From an uncultured Chloroflexia bacterium (GTDB lineage Bacteria; Chloroflexota; Limnocylindria; Limnocylindrales; CSP1-4), in assembly GCA_963810065.1 (NCBI GenBank), contig CAWELX010000007.1:1467534-1531533 (forward strand): a DNA stretch of 64,000 nt. The letters run 5' to 3'. Both the position numbers and the translations under genes were made by a program. Each line of letters starts with the position of its first letter. Positions within the stretch are counted from its first letter, which is position 1. Positions 8,558 to 17,799 of the stretch are shown piece by piece. Below the pieces are notes generated by a model. That model was not told where the DNA came from. It made no database searches and saw only the letters and a program-made list of their open reading frames with translations.

Positions 8558-9514
8558 GTGGCGCAACCCGCGCGAGCGGCGGCGCCCAGTCCGGCTCCCG
8601 AAGTCGCGGCGCCGGACGCCGCGCCCGAGGTCGTGGTGATCGGCGCCGCCTCGCGCGACGTGGACGATACCGATCCCCGCGGCTGGCGCCTCGGCGGCGG
8701 CGCCGCGTACGGCGCGCTCGTCCTGGCACGGCTCGGGCTCCGGGTCGGTGTCGTGCTGGGCGTGGATGCGCCCGCGGCGAACGCGCACGAGCTGGAGCTG
8801 CTGCGGGAGGCCGGCGCCGAGCTGCGCCTGGTGCGCCTGCCCGCAGGGCCCGTCTTCCACCTGGAGGAGGGGGCGGCGGGCCGCGCCCTCCGCTGCGACG
8901 ATCCAGGCGGGCCTCTCCCGGTGGCGTCGCTTCCGCCGGCATGGCGCGCCGCGCCCGCCTGGTACCTCTCGCCGGTCGCGGACGAGCTGCCCGACGGCTG
9001 GGCCGCCATCCCGCCGGGCGCGGTCGTTGCGCTCGGCTGGCAGGGGCTTCTCCGGGACCTCGAGCGGGGGGCGCCGGTTCGGCCGCGCCCCGCCGGTCCA
9101 CGGGCGCTCCTGCGGCGAGCCGACCTCGTCTCCGTGAGCGTCGAGGACCTGGATCCCGCCGCCGACCTGCGCAGGCTGCTCCGGCTCCTGCGCACGGGCA
9201 CGCTGTGCACCCTGACGTGGGGCGCGCGCGGCGGGATCGCGTTCACCGCCCACCCCGACGCGCCGCGCATGCGGCGCTTCCCCGCGCTCCCGGCGAGCGG
9301 GTCCGTCGACACGACCGGAGCCGGCGACGCGTTCCTGGCGGCCATGCTGGCGGCCCGGGTGGCCCCGGCGCTGGCCGGCCGGCAGCCCCACCTGGCCGCG
9401 GCGCTCAGGTTCGCGGCCGCGGTGGCCGCGGCGCATGTCGCCGCGCCCGGCCTGGCGGGCGTTCCGGCGCTGCCCGACGTCCGGGCCGTCCTCAGGCGGT
9501 TCTCGCCGGGCTGA
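8558..9514 (+). CDS. PfkB-family carbohydrate/nucleoside kinase
   Basis: The C-terminal part of ORF 7820-9514 shows VVVIGAASRDV and the PfkB signature DTTGAGDAFLAAML. The start is uncertain, with GTG candidates between 8558 and 8633. The 3' end overlaps the convergent mrfB-like gene by 23 nt. Confidence 0.7.
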   Translation: MAQPARAAAPSPAPEVAAPDAAPEVVVIGAASRDVDDTDPRGWRLGGGAAYGALVLARLGLRVGVVLGVDAPAANAHELELLREAGAELRLVRLPAGPVFHLEEGAAGRALRCDDPGGPLPVASLPPAWRAAPAWYLSPVADELPDGWAAIPPGAVVALGWQGLLRDLERGAPVRPRPAGPRALLRRADLVSVSVEDLDPAADLRRLLRLLRTGTLCTLTWGARGGIAFTAHPDAPRMRRFPALPASGSVDTTGAGDAFLAAMLAARVAPALAGRQPHLAAALRFAAAVAAAHVAAPGLAGVPALPDVRAVLRRFSPG

Positions 9515-10790
9515 GCCCGCCGGCCGTGCGCCGCCGGAGACGACGCAGGCGCGACGCCAGGGCGTCGTCGAACTCGGGATCGCCGCCCCAGCGCAGGCTG
9601 GAGCGCTCGGCCGCTCGCGCGGCAGCCTCGGCGGCCTGCAGGGCCCCCGCCGGATCCCGAAGGCCGTGCTCGCGGACCTTGGCGGCCTCGACCCACGCCC
9701 GGGGCGCAGCCGCTCCACCGGCGGCGGCGAGCGCTTCCCACGCCGCGAGGGCGTCGTCGCAGCGCCCGAGCCGGCGGAGCGTGCGGGCGCGCTCGGCGCG
9801 GATCCGCTCGCGGCTGGTGGTCGTCGCCGCCGGCGCCGCCGCGCCGAAGGGCCAGGCCGCCGAGCCGAGGGTGGCCGGCCGCCACGCGGCGTCGGCGTCG
9901 TCGAGGCAGGCGAGCGCGTCGGCGTGGCGGCGCTCCCGGGTGTACGCCCGTCCCAGCGCGAGGAGGTCGCCGGCGGGGGCCAGCGGCCTGCGGTCCGGGT
10001 CGGCGTAGCGCGCGTCAAGGTGGGCGAGGAGCCGCGCCAGCGACGCGACGTCCTCGGCGTTGTGCGCCAGGACCGGCGCCAGTGGGGCGGCCGACCCGCC
10101 GCGGACGAAGTCGAGATAACGGCCGGGGATCTCCCATCCGCCCACGTCGCCGCGCCGCTGGACGCCCAGGAGCTCGCGCTCCACGGTGGAGAGGCGGGCG
10201 TCTCCCAGCCGGTGGCGGAAGAGGCGGCGGACGCCGGGCAGGAGGTCGAGCATGCCGGCATGCGGGGGTGCGGCGCGGCGATGGAGGCGATAGCGGGTCA
10301 CGAGGAGCGGCCAGTCGAAGCCGCGGCCGTTGTACGTGACGAGCCACGAGTCCGCCGGGATCGCCGCCTCCAGCGCGGCGAGCAGGGCGGGTTCGTCGCC
10401 GTGGTCGGGGCAGACGAGCTGGAGCCGACGGAAGACGTCGCCCTCCCACCAGCCGAGCCCCACGAGGAAGGCGAGCGTCCCCGCGGCGGTCCCGAGCCCG
10501 GTGGTCTCCGTGTCGAGGCACACGAGGCGCGCGTCGGGGGCAGGTTGTCCAGGGAGGGATGCCAGCCGCTCCCGGCACACGGGGATGCTGATGGGCGGCG
10601 GCTCCACGCGGACCACGCGGCCGCCGCGTCCCTCCACGACCACGCCGCCGATCGCGCTTGCCAGGCGGTCGGCCAGGTCCGCGCCGCGTCGCGTCCGGTC
10701 GCCCGGCTCGCGTTCCCCGGACGGCGATGCCTCGACGCGCGTCGCCCGGAACCGCGTCAGCCGTCGCTGCAGCGTGGCGACATCGCTCAT
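9492..10790 (-). CDS. mrfB: RNase H-fold DEDDh exonuclease with C-terminal helical-repeat (TPR-like) region, MrfB/YprB-like
   Basis: 432 aa from MSDVATLQ. Exonuclease motifs are VCLDTETTGL, LVTYNGRGFDWP and HNAEDVASL. The C-terminal half is Ala/Leu-rich and repeat-like. The ATG overlaps the stop of the upstream helicase (ATGA at 10787-10790). Confidence 0.75.
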   Translation of the reverse strand: MSDVATLQRRLTRFRATRVEASPSGEREPGDRTRRGADLADRLASAIGGVVVEGRGGRVVRVEPPPISIPVCRERLASLPGQPAPDARLVCLDTETTGLGTAAGTLAFLVGLGWWEGDVFRRLQLVCPDHGDEPALLAALEAAIPADSWLVTYNGRGFDWPLLVTRYRLHRRAAPPHAGMLDLLPGVRRLFRHRLGDARLSTVERELLGVQRRGDVGGWEIPGRYLDFVRGGSAAPLAPVLAHNAEDVASLARLLAHLDARYADPDRRPLAPAGDLLALGRAYTRERRHADALACLDDADAAWRPATLGSAAWPFGAAAPAATTTSRERIRAERARTLRRLGRCDDALAAWEALAAAGGAAAPRAWVEAAKVREHGLRDPAGALQAAEAAARAAERSSLRWGGDPEFDDALASRLRRLRRRTAGGLSPARTA

Positions 10791-13120
10791 CGGGCGGCCC
10801 GCACCGCGGCGCCCGTTCGCGGGACGATCGGCCGGGCGCCGAGCGCGAGGAGAAGCCGCAGGGCGAGCGCCCGCGCGTCCAGGTCCACCTCGCCGCCGGC
10901 CGGCCGCGGGCCCGTGCAGGATGGGCAGCCGCCGTCGCAGCCGCACGAGGCAACCAGCCCGGCCGCCCCGTCGATCAGCTCGGCATGGCGCTGCCAGAGG
11001 CGTTCAGCGAGGCCGACGCCGCCAGGCACCGCCTCGTACAGGTATACCGTCGGGGCGCCGTCGTGCGACGAGCGCACCTGCGTGACGAGGCCGAGATCCC
11101 GCGGGTCCACCATCAGCAGCACGCTCGCGACCGCCTGGAGGGCCCGGCCGGCTCCCGCGAGGGCCACGTCCAGCTCGGAGCGCCGCCAGCCCGAGGCGGC
11201 ATCCTCCGCGGTCAGCCAGTAGGCCGTCGTCTGGAGCTCGATCTCGGGAAGGTGGATGGGTCCCCAGCCGAGGTTCTCGTTGGTGACGAGCTTGAGCTTC
11301 TTGAACAGGGTCGCCCGGCTGGCGACCATCACCTCGCCGTGGCGCCGCGATCCGCCGGGCGCGGCCGCCGTCGCGAAGACGTCGAGCGGCTTGAGGGTGA
11401 CCGCCCGGTCGGCCATCGTGTAGTGGTCGACGTCCACGCGCCGGACATAGGCCTTGCGCTCGTCCCAGTCGAGCCGGTCGACGTGGAACATCGCCGACTC
11501 GTGGAGGTAGATGGCGTCCTCGTGGACGAGCGTCTGGGCGGAGAAGAGGTCCAGCTCGCCGATCACCCTGGGGCGGTCCGGGGTCGTGTCGATGATGACC
11601 ACGTTCTCCTCGGCCGCCGTGCGCAGCGAGATGGCCGAGGCCGGGAAGTTCTCCGAAGACCAGTACCAGCGCCCGTCGTCGCCCTGGTGGACGTGGCCGT
11701 CCTCGGCGAGGAACGCGAGCAGGTCGTCCGCGGCACCGGGCCCGAAGACCTCGCCGGGGCTGAACGGCAGCTCGAACGCCGCAGCCTTGAGGTGCGCCAG
11801 CAGGACGTGGAGGTTGTCCGGGTCGATCCGCGCCTCTTCCGGGGGCTGGTCCAGGATGAACTCCGGGTGGTGCACCACGTACTGGTCGACGGGTGCCGCC
11901 GACGCCACGAGGACCGCGACGCTGGTGCCGCCCCGCCGGCCAGCGCGGCCCACCTGCTGGCGCGTGGCGGCCACCGATCCCGGGTAGCCGGCCAGCACGG
12001 CGACGTCCAGCCGCCCGATGTCCACGCCGAGCTCGAGGGCGTTCGTCGAGACGACCCCCAGGACCTCGCCGTCGCGCAGCCCCTCCTCGATGGCGCGCCG
12101 CTCCGTGGGCAGGTAGCCCCCGCGATACCCGCGGACCCGGGAGCGTGGCCCGGCGTGCTCGCGAAGCGTCTCACGGAGGCCGGTGAGGATCAGCTCCACG
12201 GCGGTCCGGGAGCGGCCGAAGACGATCGTCTGGCGCCCGGCACGCAGGAACGGGAGGGCCCACCGCTGGGCCAGCGTCAGGGCGGAGCCGCGCGCCCCGG
12301 ACGCGGCGTCGATCACGGGCGGGTCCACCAGCAGGAGGTGGCGCTCGCCGGACGGCGCGCCGTTGCGGTCGACGAGGAGCGGCGCCCGCCCCGTCAGGAG
12401 CGTGGCCAGCTCGCCGGGGTTGGCGATGGTGGCGGAGCAGCTGACGATGATCGGGTTCGAGCCGTAGTGCGCGCAGAGCCGGAGCAGCCGGCGCAGGACG
12501 TTGGCGACGTGGCTGCCGAACAGCCCGCGATACGTGTGGAGCTCGTCGATGACGATCACCTGGAGCTGCTCGAACAGCTGGAACCACTTCGTGTGGTGGG
12601 GGAGGATCGCCGCGTGGAGCATGTCCGGGTTCGTCACGACCACCTGGCCGGCCGCCCGGATCGTGGAGCGGATCGGCGCCGGCGTGTCGCCGTCGTAGGT
12701 GGATGCCGACACGGAAAGCCCGGCCGCCTCCGCGAGGCCGCGGAAGGCAACGACCTGGTCCTGGCCCAGCGCCTTCGTCGGGAACAGCCAGAGGGCGCGC
12801 GCGGACGGGTTCTCGGCGAGGGCCTGCAGGACCGGGAGCTCGTAGCACAGGCTCTTGCCGGAAGCGGTCGGCGTGACGACGCAGACGTCGCGGCCCGCCC
12901 GCACGGCCTCCAGGGCATCGGCCTGGTGGGTGTAGAGAGCATCGATGCCGCGGGCTGCCAGGGAGCCCCGGATGCGAGGGTCGAGCCAGGCGGGAAAGGG
13001 CGCGGTGACGGCCTCGCGGGCAGGTTCCACCGCGTGGTGCAGGACGCCCCTGGCCAGCGACGGCTCCTCGAGCACGCGCGCGAGGACGGATTCGACCGCG
13101 GCGGGTGCGTACGTGCGCAT
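10787..13120 (-). CDS. mrfA: DEAD/DEAH-box helicase with C-terminal DUF1998-type Cys cluster, MrfA/YprA-like
   Basis: 777 aa with motif I VVTPTASGKS, motif II VIDELH, helicase C-domain motifs (VSTNALELGVDIG, QQVGRAGRR) and a C-terminal CGCDGGCPSC metal-binding cluster. Confidence 0.85.
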   Translation of the reverse strand: MRTYAPAAVESVLARVLEEPSLARGVLHHAVEPAREAVTAPFPAWLDPRIRGSLAARGIDALYTHQADALEAVRAGRDVCVVTPTASGKSLCYELPVLQALAENPSARALWLFPTKALGQDQVVAFRGLAEAAGLSVSASTYDGDTPAPIRSTIRAAGQVVVTNPDMLHAAILPHHTKWFQLFEQLQVIVIDELHTYRGLFGSHVANVLRRLLRLCAHYGSNPIIVSCSATIANPGELATLLTGRAPLLVDRNGAPSGERHLLLVDPPVIDAASGARGSALTLAQRWALPFLRAGRQTIVFGRSRTAVELILTGLRETLREHAGPRSRVRGYRGGYLPTERRAIEEGLRDGEVLGVVSTNALELGVDIGRLDVAVLAGYPGSVAATRQQVGRAGRRGGTSVAVLVASAAPVDQYVVHHPEFILDQPPEEARIDPDNLHVLLAHLKAAAFELPFSPGEVFGPGAADDLLAFLAEDGHVHQGDDGRWYWSSENFPASAISLRTAAEENVVIIDTTPDRPRVIGELDLFSAQTLVHEDAIYLHESAMFHVDRLDWDERKAYVRRVDVDHYTMADRAVTLKPLDVFATAAAPGGSRRHGEVMVASRATLFKKLKLVTNENLGWGPIHLPEIELQTTAYWLTAEDAASGWRRSELDVALAGAGRALQAVASVLLMVDPRDLGLVTQVRSSHDGAPTVYLYEAVPGGVGLAERLWQRHAELIDGAAGLVASCGCDGGCPSCTGPRPAGGEVDLDARALALRLLLALGARPIVPRTGAAVRAAR

Positions 13121-13214
13121 CGAGGTCCCCTCAGGTATATAGAACGGGCGTGCGGAATTGGCCGGAGTCTAGCAGCCTGGAACGAGCCGGGCGCGGCCGA
13201 ACGATTGCCCTGCG

Positions 13215-13237
13215 GCGTGCCACCTCGTGTGGCACGC
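13215..13237. promoter_or_regulatory. perfect 9-bp inverted repeat with 5-nt spacer (candidate operator) in the mrfA / ftsB-like divergent region
   Basis: gcgtgccac ctcgt gtggcacgc, with all nine pairs complementary. It ends 8 nt before the TTGACA -35 box at 13246. Confidence 0.4.
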
Positions 13238-13245
13238 GGGCGCGG

Positions 13246-13274
13246 TTGACACTCCGTGCGTGCGCAGCTACGCT
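13246..13274 (+). promoter_or_regulatory. near-consensus sigma-70-type promoter driving a leaderless transcript
   Basis: TTGACA (13246-13251), a 17-nt spacer, TACGCT (13269-13274), then 7 nt to ATG 13282. Confidence 0.6.
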
Positions 13275-13281
13275 TCCGGCC

Positions 13282-13797
13282 ATGCCGCGGCATTTCCGCA
13301 CTGCTCCCGGCGAGCTCGACGGGTCGAGGTCCGACGAGAACACCCCCACGAGCCCGCCCGCCCCGACCGCCACCGAGAACACGGCGCCATCCCTGTCGGA
13401 GCTGGGCGTCGCCGGCATCTCGCGGAGGCGGATCGCATGGGCGGTCGTTGTCGTGGCCGCCGCCTGGATCGTCGTCGCCTTCGCAGGCCAGGCCGCATCT
13501 GCCGCGCAGGCCACCGCCGACGTCAACGCGGCGCGCGCCGAGAAGGTGGCCGTCACCGCGCAGACCGAGGCGCTGCGCCGCGAGCTGGTCCTGGTGACGG
13601 AGCAGCGCTGGATCCTGCAGCAGGCCCGGGCCTACCAGCTCGGCTCCCGCAAGGAGCGGCCGTTCGCGCTGGCCCCCGGCGCGCCGTCGCTGCCGCCGGA
13701 CGCGCCCGGGTCGCCCGCCCGAAGGCTGGGCGCCGAGGAAGCCGTCCGCACGCCGCTCGAGGCCTGGCTCGAGGTGCTCTTCGGCCCTCAGCGCTAG
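13282..13797 (+). CDS. membrane-anchored coiled-coil protein, FtsB/DivIC-like septum-formation initiator candidate
   Basis: 171 aa with an N-terminal Pro/Thr-rich tail, one TM helix (IAWAVVVVAAAWIVVAFAG), then a heptad-like segment AEKVAVTAQTEALRRELVLVTEQRWILQQAR. The family call rests on architecture only. Confidence 0.5.
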   Translation: MPRHFRTAPGELDGSRSDENTPTSPPAPTATENTAPSLSELGVAGISRRRIAWAVVVVAAAWIVVAFAGQAASAAQATADVNAARAEKVAVTAQTEALRRELVLVTEQRWILQQARAYQLGSRKERPFALAPGAPSLPPDAPGSPARRLGAEEAVRTPLEAWLEVLFGPQR

Positions 13798-13808
13798 CCG
13801 GCGGGTTG

Positions 13809-13864
13809 CCGGGGGACCGGTTGCCTCGCGCACGAGCCCGGGGGACCGGTTGCCTCGCGCACGA
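13809..13864. repeat. 27-nt direct repeat x2 (29-nt period) upstream of tRNA-Met
   Basis: ccgggggaccggttgcctcgcgcacga occurs at 13809-13835 and 13838-13864. Confidence 0.9.
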
Positions 13865-13962
13865 TCGCGAAGGCCGGTCGCCGCGGGAACCCGTCGCCGC
13901 ACCGACGCCGCGAGGCCCCTTGCCGCTGCCCCCGGAGACGCTGCGTTACAATTGGCTGCGAT

Positions 13963-14037
13963 GGCTGGGTAGCTCAGCGGCAGAGCAGGCGACTCATAAC
14001 CGCCCGGTCGGCAGTTCGATTCTGCCCCCAGCCACCA
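13963..14037 (+). tRNA. tRNA with CAT anticodon (elongator tRNA-Met, or tRNA-Ile2 if lysidinylated)
   Basis: Manual cloverleaf. The acceptor stem ggctggg pairs with cccagcc. The D arm is gctc/gagc. The anticodon arm is ggcga-CTCATAA-ccgcc, with one A-C mismatch at the stem base. The T arm is ggcag-ttcgatt-ctgcc. The discriminator is A and CCA is encoded. The G1-C72 pair argues against an initiator tRNA. Confidence 0.85.
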
Positions 14038-14060
14038 CCCCGCACTCGTGCAACCCCTTC

Positions 14061-14096
14061 AGGCCGGCGCCGCTTCGGGGCCGGCCTCGTTGTTTC
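14061..14096 (+). terminator. hairpin plus T-rich tail after the tRNA
   Basis: aggccggc...gccggcct forms an 8-bp outer stem plus 3 inner pairs (14061-14087), followed by cgttgtttc. Confidence 0.55.
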
Positions 14097-14247
14097 ATCC
14101 AATCCGCGGCGGCATGCCGGTTCGTACGGACCATGAACGTCCGACATGCCGCCGGCGACCCCGTCCGGCAGGGTGTCGGGCGACCCGCTCTATACTCGTC
14201 CGCGAAGTCGGCCCACGGGTGCCGGCTCCGCCGACCCGGAGGCCAGG

Positions 14248-16152
14248 TTGAACGGCAAGTTCATGCGCAACGGCATCGTGATGCTCGTCCTCGTGGTGGG
14301 CACGCTGGTGCTGATGTACTCCTTTCTCATGTCGTCGCCCAGTGACAAGTCGATCGCGTACTCGACGTTCCTCGCCAACGCGGGCGGCGGCCAGGTCAAG
14401 AAGGTCGTCCAGCAGGACCTGCGGCTGACCGTGACGCCGACGAGCGGCGCGGAGTACACCGTCGTCGTCCCCGGCATCGGGTTCACCGACGTCTACGCCG
14501 ACGTCCTGAAGGCGGCCGAGGCCGGCGGCCAGCCGATCACCTCGATCGAGTTCGCGGGCGTGGAGGCCTCCCAGACGGGGCAGTGGGTCAGCCTGATCAT
14601 CGGGGCGTTCCTGCCGGTCCTGCTGATCGGCGGCTTCCTGTTCTTCATGATGCGCCAGGCCCAGGGCACCAACAACCAGGCGATGAGCTTCGGCAAGAGC
14701 CGGGCCCGGATGTTCCTCGGCAACAAGACCGTCGTCACGTTCGCCGACGTCGCCGGCGTCGACGAGGCGAAGATGGAGCTCCAGGAGGTCGTCGAGTTCC
14801 TCAAGTACCCGGAGAAGTTCAACTCCCTGGGTGCCCGGATCCCGCGTGGCGTCCTCCTCGTGGGCCCGCCGGGAACCGGCAAGACGCTCATGGCCCGCGC
14901 CGTCGCCGGCGAGGCCGGGGTCCCGTTCTTCAGCATCTCCGGCTCCGAGTTCGTGGAGATGTTCGTGGGCGTCGGCGCCAGCCGCGTCCGCGACCTGTTC
15001 GACCAGGCCAAGCGCAACTCGCCCTGCATCGTCTTCGTCGACGAGATCGACGCGGTCGGCCGCCAGCGCGGCGCGGGCCTGGGCGGCAGCCACGACGAGC
15101 GCGAGCAGACGCTCAACCAGATCCTGGTCGAGATGGACGGGTTCGACACGAACACGAACGTGATCGTGGTCGCCGCCACCAACCGTCCGGACGTCCTGGA
15201 CCCGGCGCTGCTGCGTCCCGGCCGCTTCGACCGCCAGGTGATCCTGGACCGTCCCGACATGAAGGGCCGGGTCGAGATCCTGCGCGTGCACACCAAGGGC
15301 AAGCCCCTCGACAAGTCGATCGTGATCGAGGAGATCGCGAAGCAGTCCCCCGGGTTCTCCGGCGCGGACCTGGCCAACCTCGTCAACGAGTCGGCCATCC
15401 TGGCCGCGCGGCGCAACAAGAAGGTCATCACGATGCCCGAGTTCCAGGAGGCCCTGGAGCGCATCGTGGCCGGGCCGGAGCGCAAGTCGCGGGTGATCTC
15501 CGACGCGGAGAAGCTGATCATCGCCTACCACGAGGGTGGTCACGCCGTGGTCCAGCGGATCCTCCCGAAGTGCGATCCCGTCAGCAAGGTGACGATCATC
15601 AGCCGCGGCATGGCCCTGGGCTACACGATGGCGCTGCCGTCGGAGGACCGCTACCTGCAGAGCAAGACCGAGTTCGAGGACAAGATCGCCGGCATGCTCG
15701 GCGGCAACGCCTCGGAGCGCCTCGTCTTCGGCGACACGACGACCGGCGCCAGCAACGACATCGAGAAGGCGACCGATCTCGCCCGCCGGATGGTCACCGA
15801 GTTCGGCATGAGCGACAAGATGGGCCCGCGGGCCTACGGCAAGCGCGAGGAGATGATCTTCCTGGGCCGTGAGATCAGCGAGCAGCGGAACTACTCCGAC
15901 GACGTGGCTCGCCAGATCGACGAAGAGGTCCGCAGCATCATCGAGACCGCGTACTCCCGTGCCCAGGACGTCCTGACGCAGCACCGGGACAAGCTCGACC
16001 TGCTCGCCTCGACGCTCGTCGAGAAGGAGACCCTCGACGGGCTGGAGTTCGAGGCGCTCTTCGCCGACCTGCCGCCCAAGGAGCCGATCCACGGCGTCGT
16101 CCCGAAGCTGGGCGGGGCGCCGGCCAGCGAGCCGACGGCCCAGCCGGCCTGA
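14248..16152 (+). CDS. ftsH: ATP-dependent zinc metalloprotease FtsH
   Basis: Two N-terminal TM helices, AAA+ Walker [10 protein letters not shown], Walker B IVFVDEID, second region of homology, and zinc motif [11 protein letters not shown] 14248 is preceded by GGAGG (14238-14242). An alternative ATG lies at 14263. Confidence 0.92.
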   Translation: MNGKFMRNGIVMLVLVVGTLVLMYSFLMSSPSDKSIAYSTFLANAGGGQVKKVVQQDLRLTVTPTSGAEYTVVVPGIGFTDVYADVLKAAEAGGQPITSIEFAGVEASQTGQWVSLIIGAFLPVLLIGGFLFFMMRQAQGTNNQAMSFGKSRARMFLGNKTVVTFADVAGVDEAKMELQEVVEFLKYPEKFNSLGARIPRGVLLVGPPGTGKTLMARAVAGEAGVPFFSISGSEFVEMFVGVGASRVRDLFDQAKRNSPCIVFVDEIDAVGRQRGAGLGGSHDEREQTLNQILVEMDGFDTNTNVIVVAATNRPDVLDPALLRPGRFDRQVILDRPDMKGRVEILRVHTKGKPLDKSIVIEEIAKQSPGFSGADLANLVNESAILAARRNKKVITMPEFQEALERIVAGPERKSRVISDAEKLIIAYHEGGHAVVQRILPKCDPVSKVTIISRGMALGYTMALPSEDRYLQSKTEFEDKIAGMLGGNASERLVFGDTTTGASNDIEKATDLARRMVTEFGMSDKMGPRAYGKREEMIFLGREISEQRNYSDDVARQIDEEVRSIIETAYSRAQDVLTQHRDKLDLLASTLVEKETLDGLEFEALFADLPPKEPIHGVVPKLGGAPASEPTAQPA

Positions 16153-16173
16153 GCGTCGCTCCACCGCTGATTC

Positions 16174-16209
16174 GCCGAGGGGGGCGGGCTCCGGCCCGCC
16201 CCCCTCGGC
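16174..16209 (+). terminator. perfect 16-bp GC-rich hairpin downstream of ftsH
   Basis: gccgaggggggcgggc (16174-16189), loop tccg, gcccgcccccctcggc (16194-16209). There is no U-tract, as is common in GC-rich genomes. Confidence 0.65.
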
Positions 16210-16263
16210 ACGTCTCCGGCGCCATCGCCGGCCCGCCATAATCAACGGCGACCAGGCCCGCTC

Positions 16264-17671
16264 GTGCCCAGCCGGAGGGATCCCGTGACGACCCCCAGCC
16301 CCGACCTCGAGGACTTCCTCGCGAGGACCGCCGACGCGCGCCTGGAGCGCTTCCTCGCGTTCCTGCGCATCCCGAGCATCAGCGGGATCCCGCAGCACGC
16401 GCCCGACTGCCGCCTGGCGGCCGAGCACCTGGCGGCCGATCTCCGAGCCGTCGGGATGGAGCACGTCGAGGTCTCCGAGACGGGCGGGCATCCCGATCGT
16501 GTACGCCGACTGGCTCCACGCCTCCGGCGCCCCCACCGTCCTGCTGTACGGGCACTACGACGTGCAGCCGGTGGATCCGCTCGACGAGTGGGACGCGGCG
16601 CCATTCGACCCCATCGTGCGCGACGGACGCGTCCTGGCCCGCGGCGCATCGGACGACAAGTCGAACATCGCCATCGCCGTGGCCGCCGTCGAGGCGGTCC
16701 TGGCCACGCGCGGATCGCTGCCCCTCAACCTCAAGCTGGTGTTCGAGGGCGAGGAGGAGTCCAGCTCCGTCCACCTGGATGCGTGGCTGACGGCCAACGC
16801 CGGCCGCCTTGCCGCCGACGTGGCGCTGGTGGCCGACTCGGGCTTCTTCGAGGGGAACATCCCCGCGATCACGGTGGGCCTGCGGGGCATCTGCGCCGCG
16901 GAGATCCACGTGCGGGGCCCCTTCCAGGACGTCCACTCCGGGGTCCACGGCGGGGCCATCGACAACCCGATCAACGCGCTCGCGACGATCATCGCGGCCC
17001 TCAAGGGGCCCGACGGGCGGATCCGCATCCCCGGCTTCTACGACGACGTGATCACCCTGTCGGACGCCGACCGCACGGCGCTTGCCGACCTGCCGTTCGA
17101 CGAGGAGATCTACCGTGCCGGCCTTGACGTCCCGGCGCTGGCGGGCGAGACGGGCTGGACGACCCTGGAGCGACGAGGGGCGCGCCCGACGTTCGACGTG
17201 AACGGGATCTGGGGCGGCTTCGCGGGCGAGGGGAGCAAGACGATCATCCCCGGTCGCGCCACGGCCAAGGTCACCTGCCGGCTCGTTGCCGACCAGGACC
17301 CGGAGCGCATCTTCGCGCTCCTGCGCGACCATGTCCTTGCGATCACGCCGCCGGGCGTGCGGGTCGACGTGGTGTACCAGGGTGGGGGCCACCCCACGCT
17401 GACGCCCACCGACGACCCGGCCACCCGCGCCTACGCCCGGGCCCTGGAGGCGACGTTCGGGCGGGCGCCGCTGTACATGCGCGAGGGAGGCTCCATCCCG
17501 GTCGCGGCGAGCTTCGCGACGATCGTCGGCCTGCCGGTCACGGTCATGGGATTCATGCCGCCCAACGGCAACTTCCACGCCCCGAACGAGTGGATGGATC
17601 TCGCCAACCTCGAGGGCGGGATCCGGGCGCTGGCGCGGTTCTTCGACGAGTTCGCGGCCGACGCCGGCTGA
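16264..17671 (+). pseudogene. M20-family dipeptidase (ArgE/DapE/CPG2-like), frame broken at about 16492-16495
   Basis: The first 76 codons (16264 frame: ...FLRIPSISGIPQH...VEVSETGGHP) continue in the +1 frame (IVYADWLHASGAPTVLLYGHYDVQP...ARGASDDKS...FEGEEE, ORF 16499-17671). The span is 3n+1. The break lies at a CCC run. Confidence 0.75.
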
Positions 17672-17799
17672 CGTCGCGGAGCGCCGAGCGTCGGCCGGGG
17701 GTGGTACTCCGGTAGGGTGTCCGGCGTCCGCCCGGGTGCTAGGATGCCGGCACGGGGGTCTGCCCCGCCGTCTGCTACGCCAGGGGAGCGAGTGCGCGC

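Noticed and set aside
13121-13160. LexA/SOS box in front of mrfA (AT-richer ggtatatagaac segment)
   Set aside because: The sequence does not form the GAAC-N4-GTTC palindrome (only one GAAC half-site is present). It cannot be called an SOS box from sequence alone.
13963-14037. tRNA-Met as an integration site, and xerC (35662-36643) as a phage or ICE integrase
   Set aside because: There is no duplicated tRNA 3' segment and no integrase adjacent to the tRNA. The flanks are core genes. xerC sits in the conserved comM-dprA-topA-xerC housekeeping context and has XerC/D-type motifs, so it is a chromosome-dimer resolvase rather than a mobile-element integrase.
16485-16500. Programmed ribosomal frameshifting as the explanation for the split genes
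   Set aside because: No slippery heptamer, stimulatory SD or pseudoknot was seen. The breaks occur in at least ten unrelated housekeeping genes, mostly at short G/C runs. None of these families is known to use recoding, and prfB, the classical case, is not among them. Technical indels or decay are far more likely.
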